This document shows, piece after piece, positions 36,394 to 37,267 of a stretch of 37,267 nucleotides of DNA. The position numbers and the translations under genes are program-made. Location: the IMG/VR virus record IMGVR_UViG_3300043469_000509. One strand, written 5' to 3'. The notes under the pieces were generated by a model. The model was not told where the DNA came from. It made no database searches and saw only the letters and a list, made by a program, of their open reading frames with translations. The DNA comes from an uncultured virus (IMG/VR IMGVR_UViG_3300043469_000509) (lineage: Duplodnaviria; Heunggongvirae; Uroviricota; Caudoviricetes; Crassvirales). How positions within the stretch are numbered: position 1 is the first letter of the stretch; every line of letters starts with the position of its first letter.

Positions 36394-37266
36394 TTAGAGT
36401 AGGCTATCAATCAATATTTGTGCTTCTCTTAAACCAAACTTTGCAATATAGTCACTAATATCTTTAGCTCCGTATTCATCTGGTATATATAAAGGTGTAA
36501 AATCAGAAAAAGCTGATACTATATCATTAGTACCAGCAATTCCAGCTTTATCATTATCATAAAAAGAATAGAAGTTTTTTAATCCAAGATTTTTTAGTTT
36601 TAAATATAATTCAAAAGTAAAAGGGTTAGCTTCACCTTGTAAACTTATAGCTTGGTAACCTAATTTATATAGACACATAACATCTTTTAGACTCTTGGTT
36701 ACGATAATAGTATTAAATACATATTTTTCATAATTAGTTACTAAAGCATCATAACCTTCTATATCAGTTTGATTACCAGAAAACAACCATTTAGTTTTCT
36801 TGTTTTTAGTTAAAGGACAATAGATTTTATAAGTTTTACCAAATTGATAAGCATACACAGGGTTTTTACTATTGTAAATTCTGCATAAACTACCATTTAA
36901 CCAAACATATTTACAGCTCTTTACATTAAATAAGTTTAAAGTATTTTCATCTATACCATATAGACTCCAATAATCTAAATCTACCTTAGTAAAAGGTTGC
37001 TCTTCTATTGTAATGACATTCTTCTTAGGTTTAATCAGACTTGTTGCTGTTACAGGTTGACTTTGCTGTAAAGTGTTATCGCGAGTAACAGGTTTTTCTG
37101 ACTTACTAATAAGATTAAAATCATTAGAAATTATCCTTAAAGCTTCTTGGAAGTTACAATTATATAATTTTTCTACTATATTGAAACAATCAAATATTTC
37201 TTTAGTACCAAAATCTTTAGCTGTAAATTTATTTCCATTATATTTTATTCCAAAACTTGGATTTTT
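36394..37266 (-). CDS. DnaG-type primase (5'-truncated by the window edge)
   Basis: Manual translation shows the frame open from the window end (KNPSF...KDFGT...DCFNIV..LY.CNF.EAL..I...F, then D.DYW..YGI) into a TOPRIM region with TKSLKDVM, SLQGE, YDNDKAG and KDISDY. The ORF track captured only 36394-36858. Confidence 0.85.
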   Translation of the reverse strand, partial: KNPSFGIKYNGNKFTAKDFGTKEIFDCFNIVEKLYNCNFQEALRIISNDFNLISKSEKPVTRDNTLQQSQPVTATSLIKPKKNVITIEEQPFTKVDLDYWSLYGIDENTLNLFNVKSCKYVWLNGSLCRIYNSKNPVYAYQFGKTYKIYCPLTKNKKTKWLFSGNQTDIEGYDALVTNYEKYVFNTIIVTKSLKDVMCLYKLGYQAISLQGEANPFTFELYLKLKNLGLKNFYSFYDNDKAGIAGTNDIVSAFSDFTPLYIPDEYGAKDISDYIAKFGLREAQILIDSLL

Positions 37267-37267
37267 A

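Noticed and set aside
1..37267. CRISPR arrays, tRNAs, introns/inteins, reverse transcriptase or DGR
   Set aside because: I saw no repeat-spacer periodicity, cloverleaf, RT motifs or intein-like insertions, and RNR and RNAP appear uninterrupted. This was judged by eye only, so small RNAs could be missed.

Overview
AT-rich fragment of a crAss-like (Crassvirales-type) phage genome, probably infecting Bacteroidota, read in the standard genetic code. The + strand (1-28905) carries the virion cargo/ejection module: a polyvalent effector protein (zincin plus R-S-E ADP-ribosyltransferase, punctuated by xxGG[W]LD motifs), two further cargo proteins, an amidase, a 1996-aa coiled-coil protein, the 2336-aa virion RNA polymerase (DFDID motif), a Dps/ferritin-like gene, a second polyvalent protein and a PD-(D/E)xK-containing protein. 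A bidirectional terminator separates it from a convergent - strand replication and nucleotide-metabolism block (primase, RusA-like, 5'-3' exonuclease, DUF5664, dUTPase, DnaQ-like exonuclease, class II RNR, PhoH, AP2). Three observations stand out: (1) an A_AAA_AAG slippery site plus an 11-bp stem that would fuse the amidase onto the 622-aa virion protein by -1 frameshifting; (2) lone terminal cysteines arranged head-to-tail across four giant Cys-poor cargo proteins in gene order, suggesting a disulfide-linked ejection chain; (3) GG-motif-delimited effector cassettes, with an ART in one cargo protein and a macrodomain-like insert in the RNAP. All family assignments come from motif recognition by eye; no searches were run.
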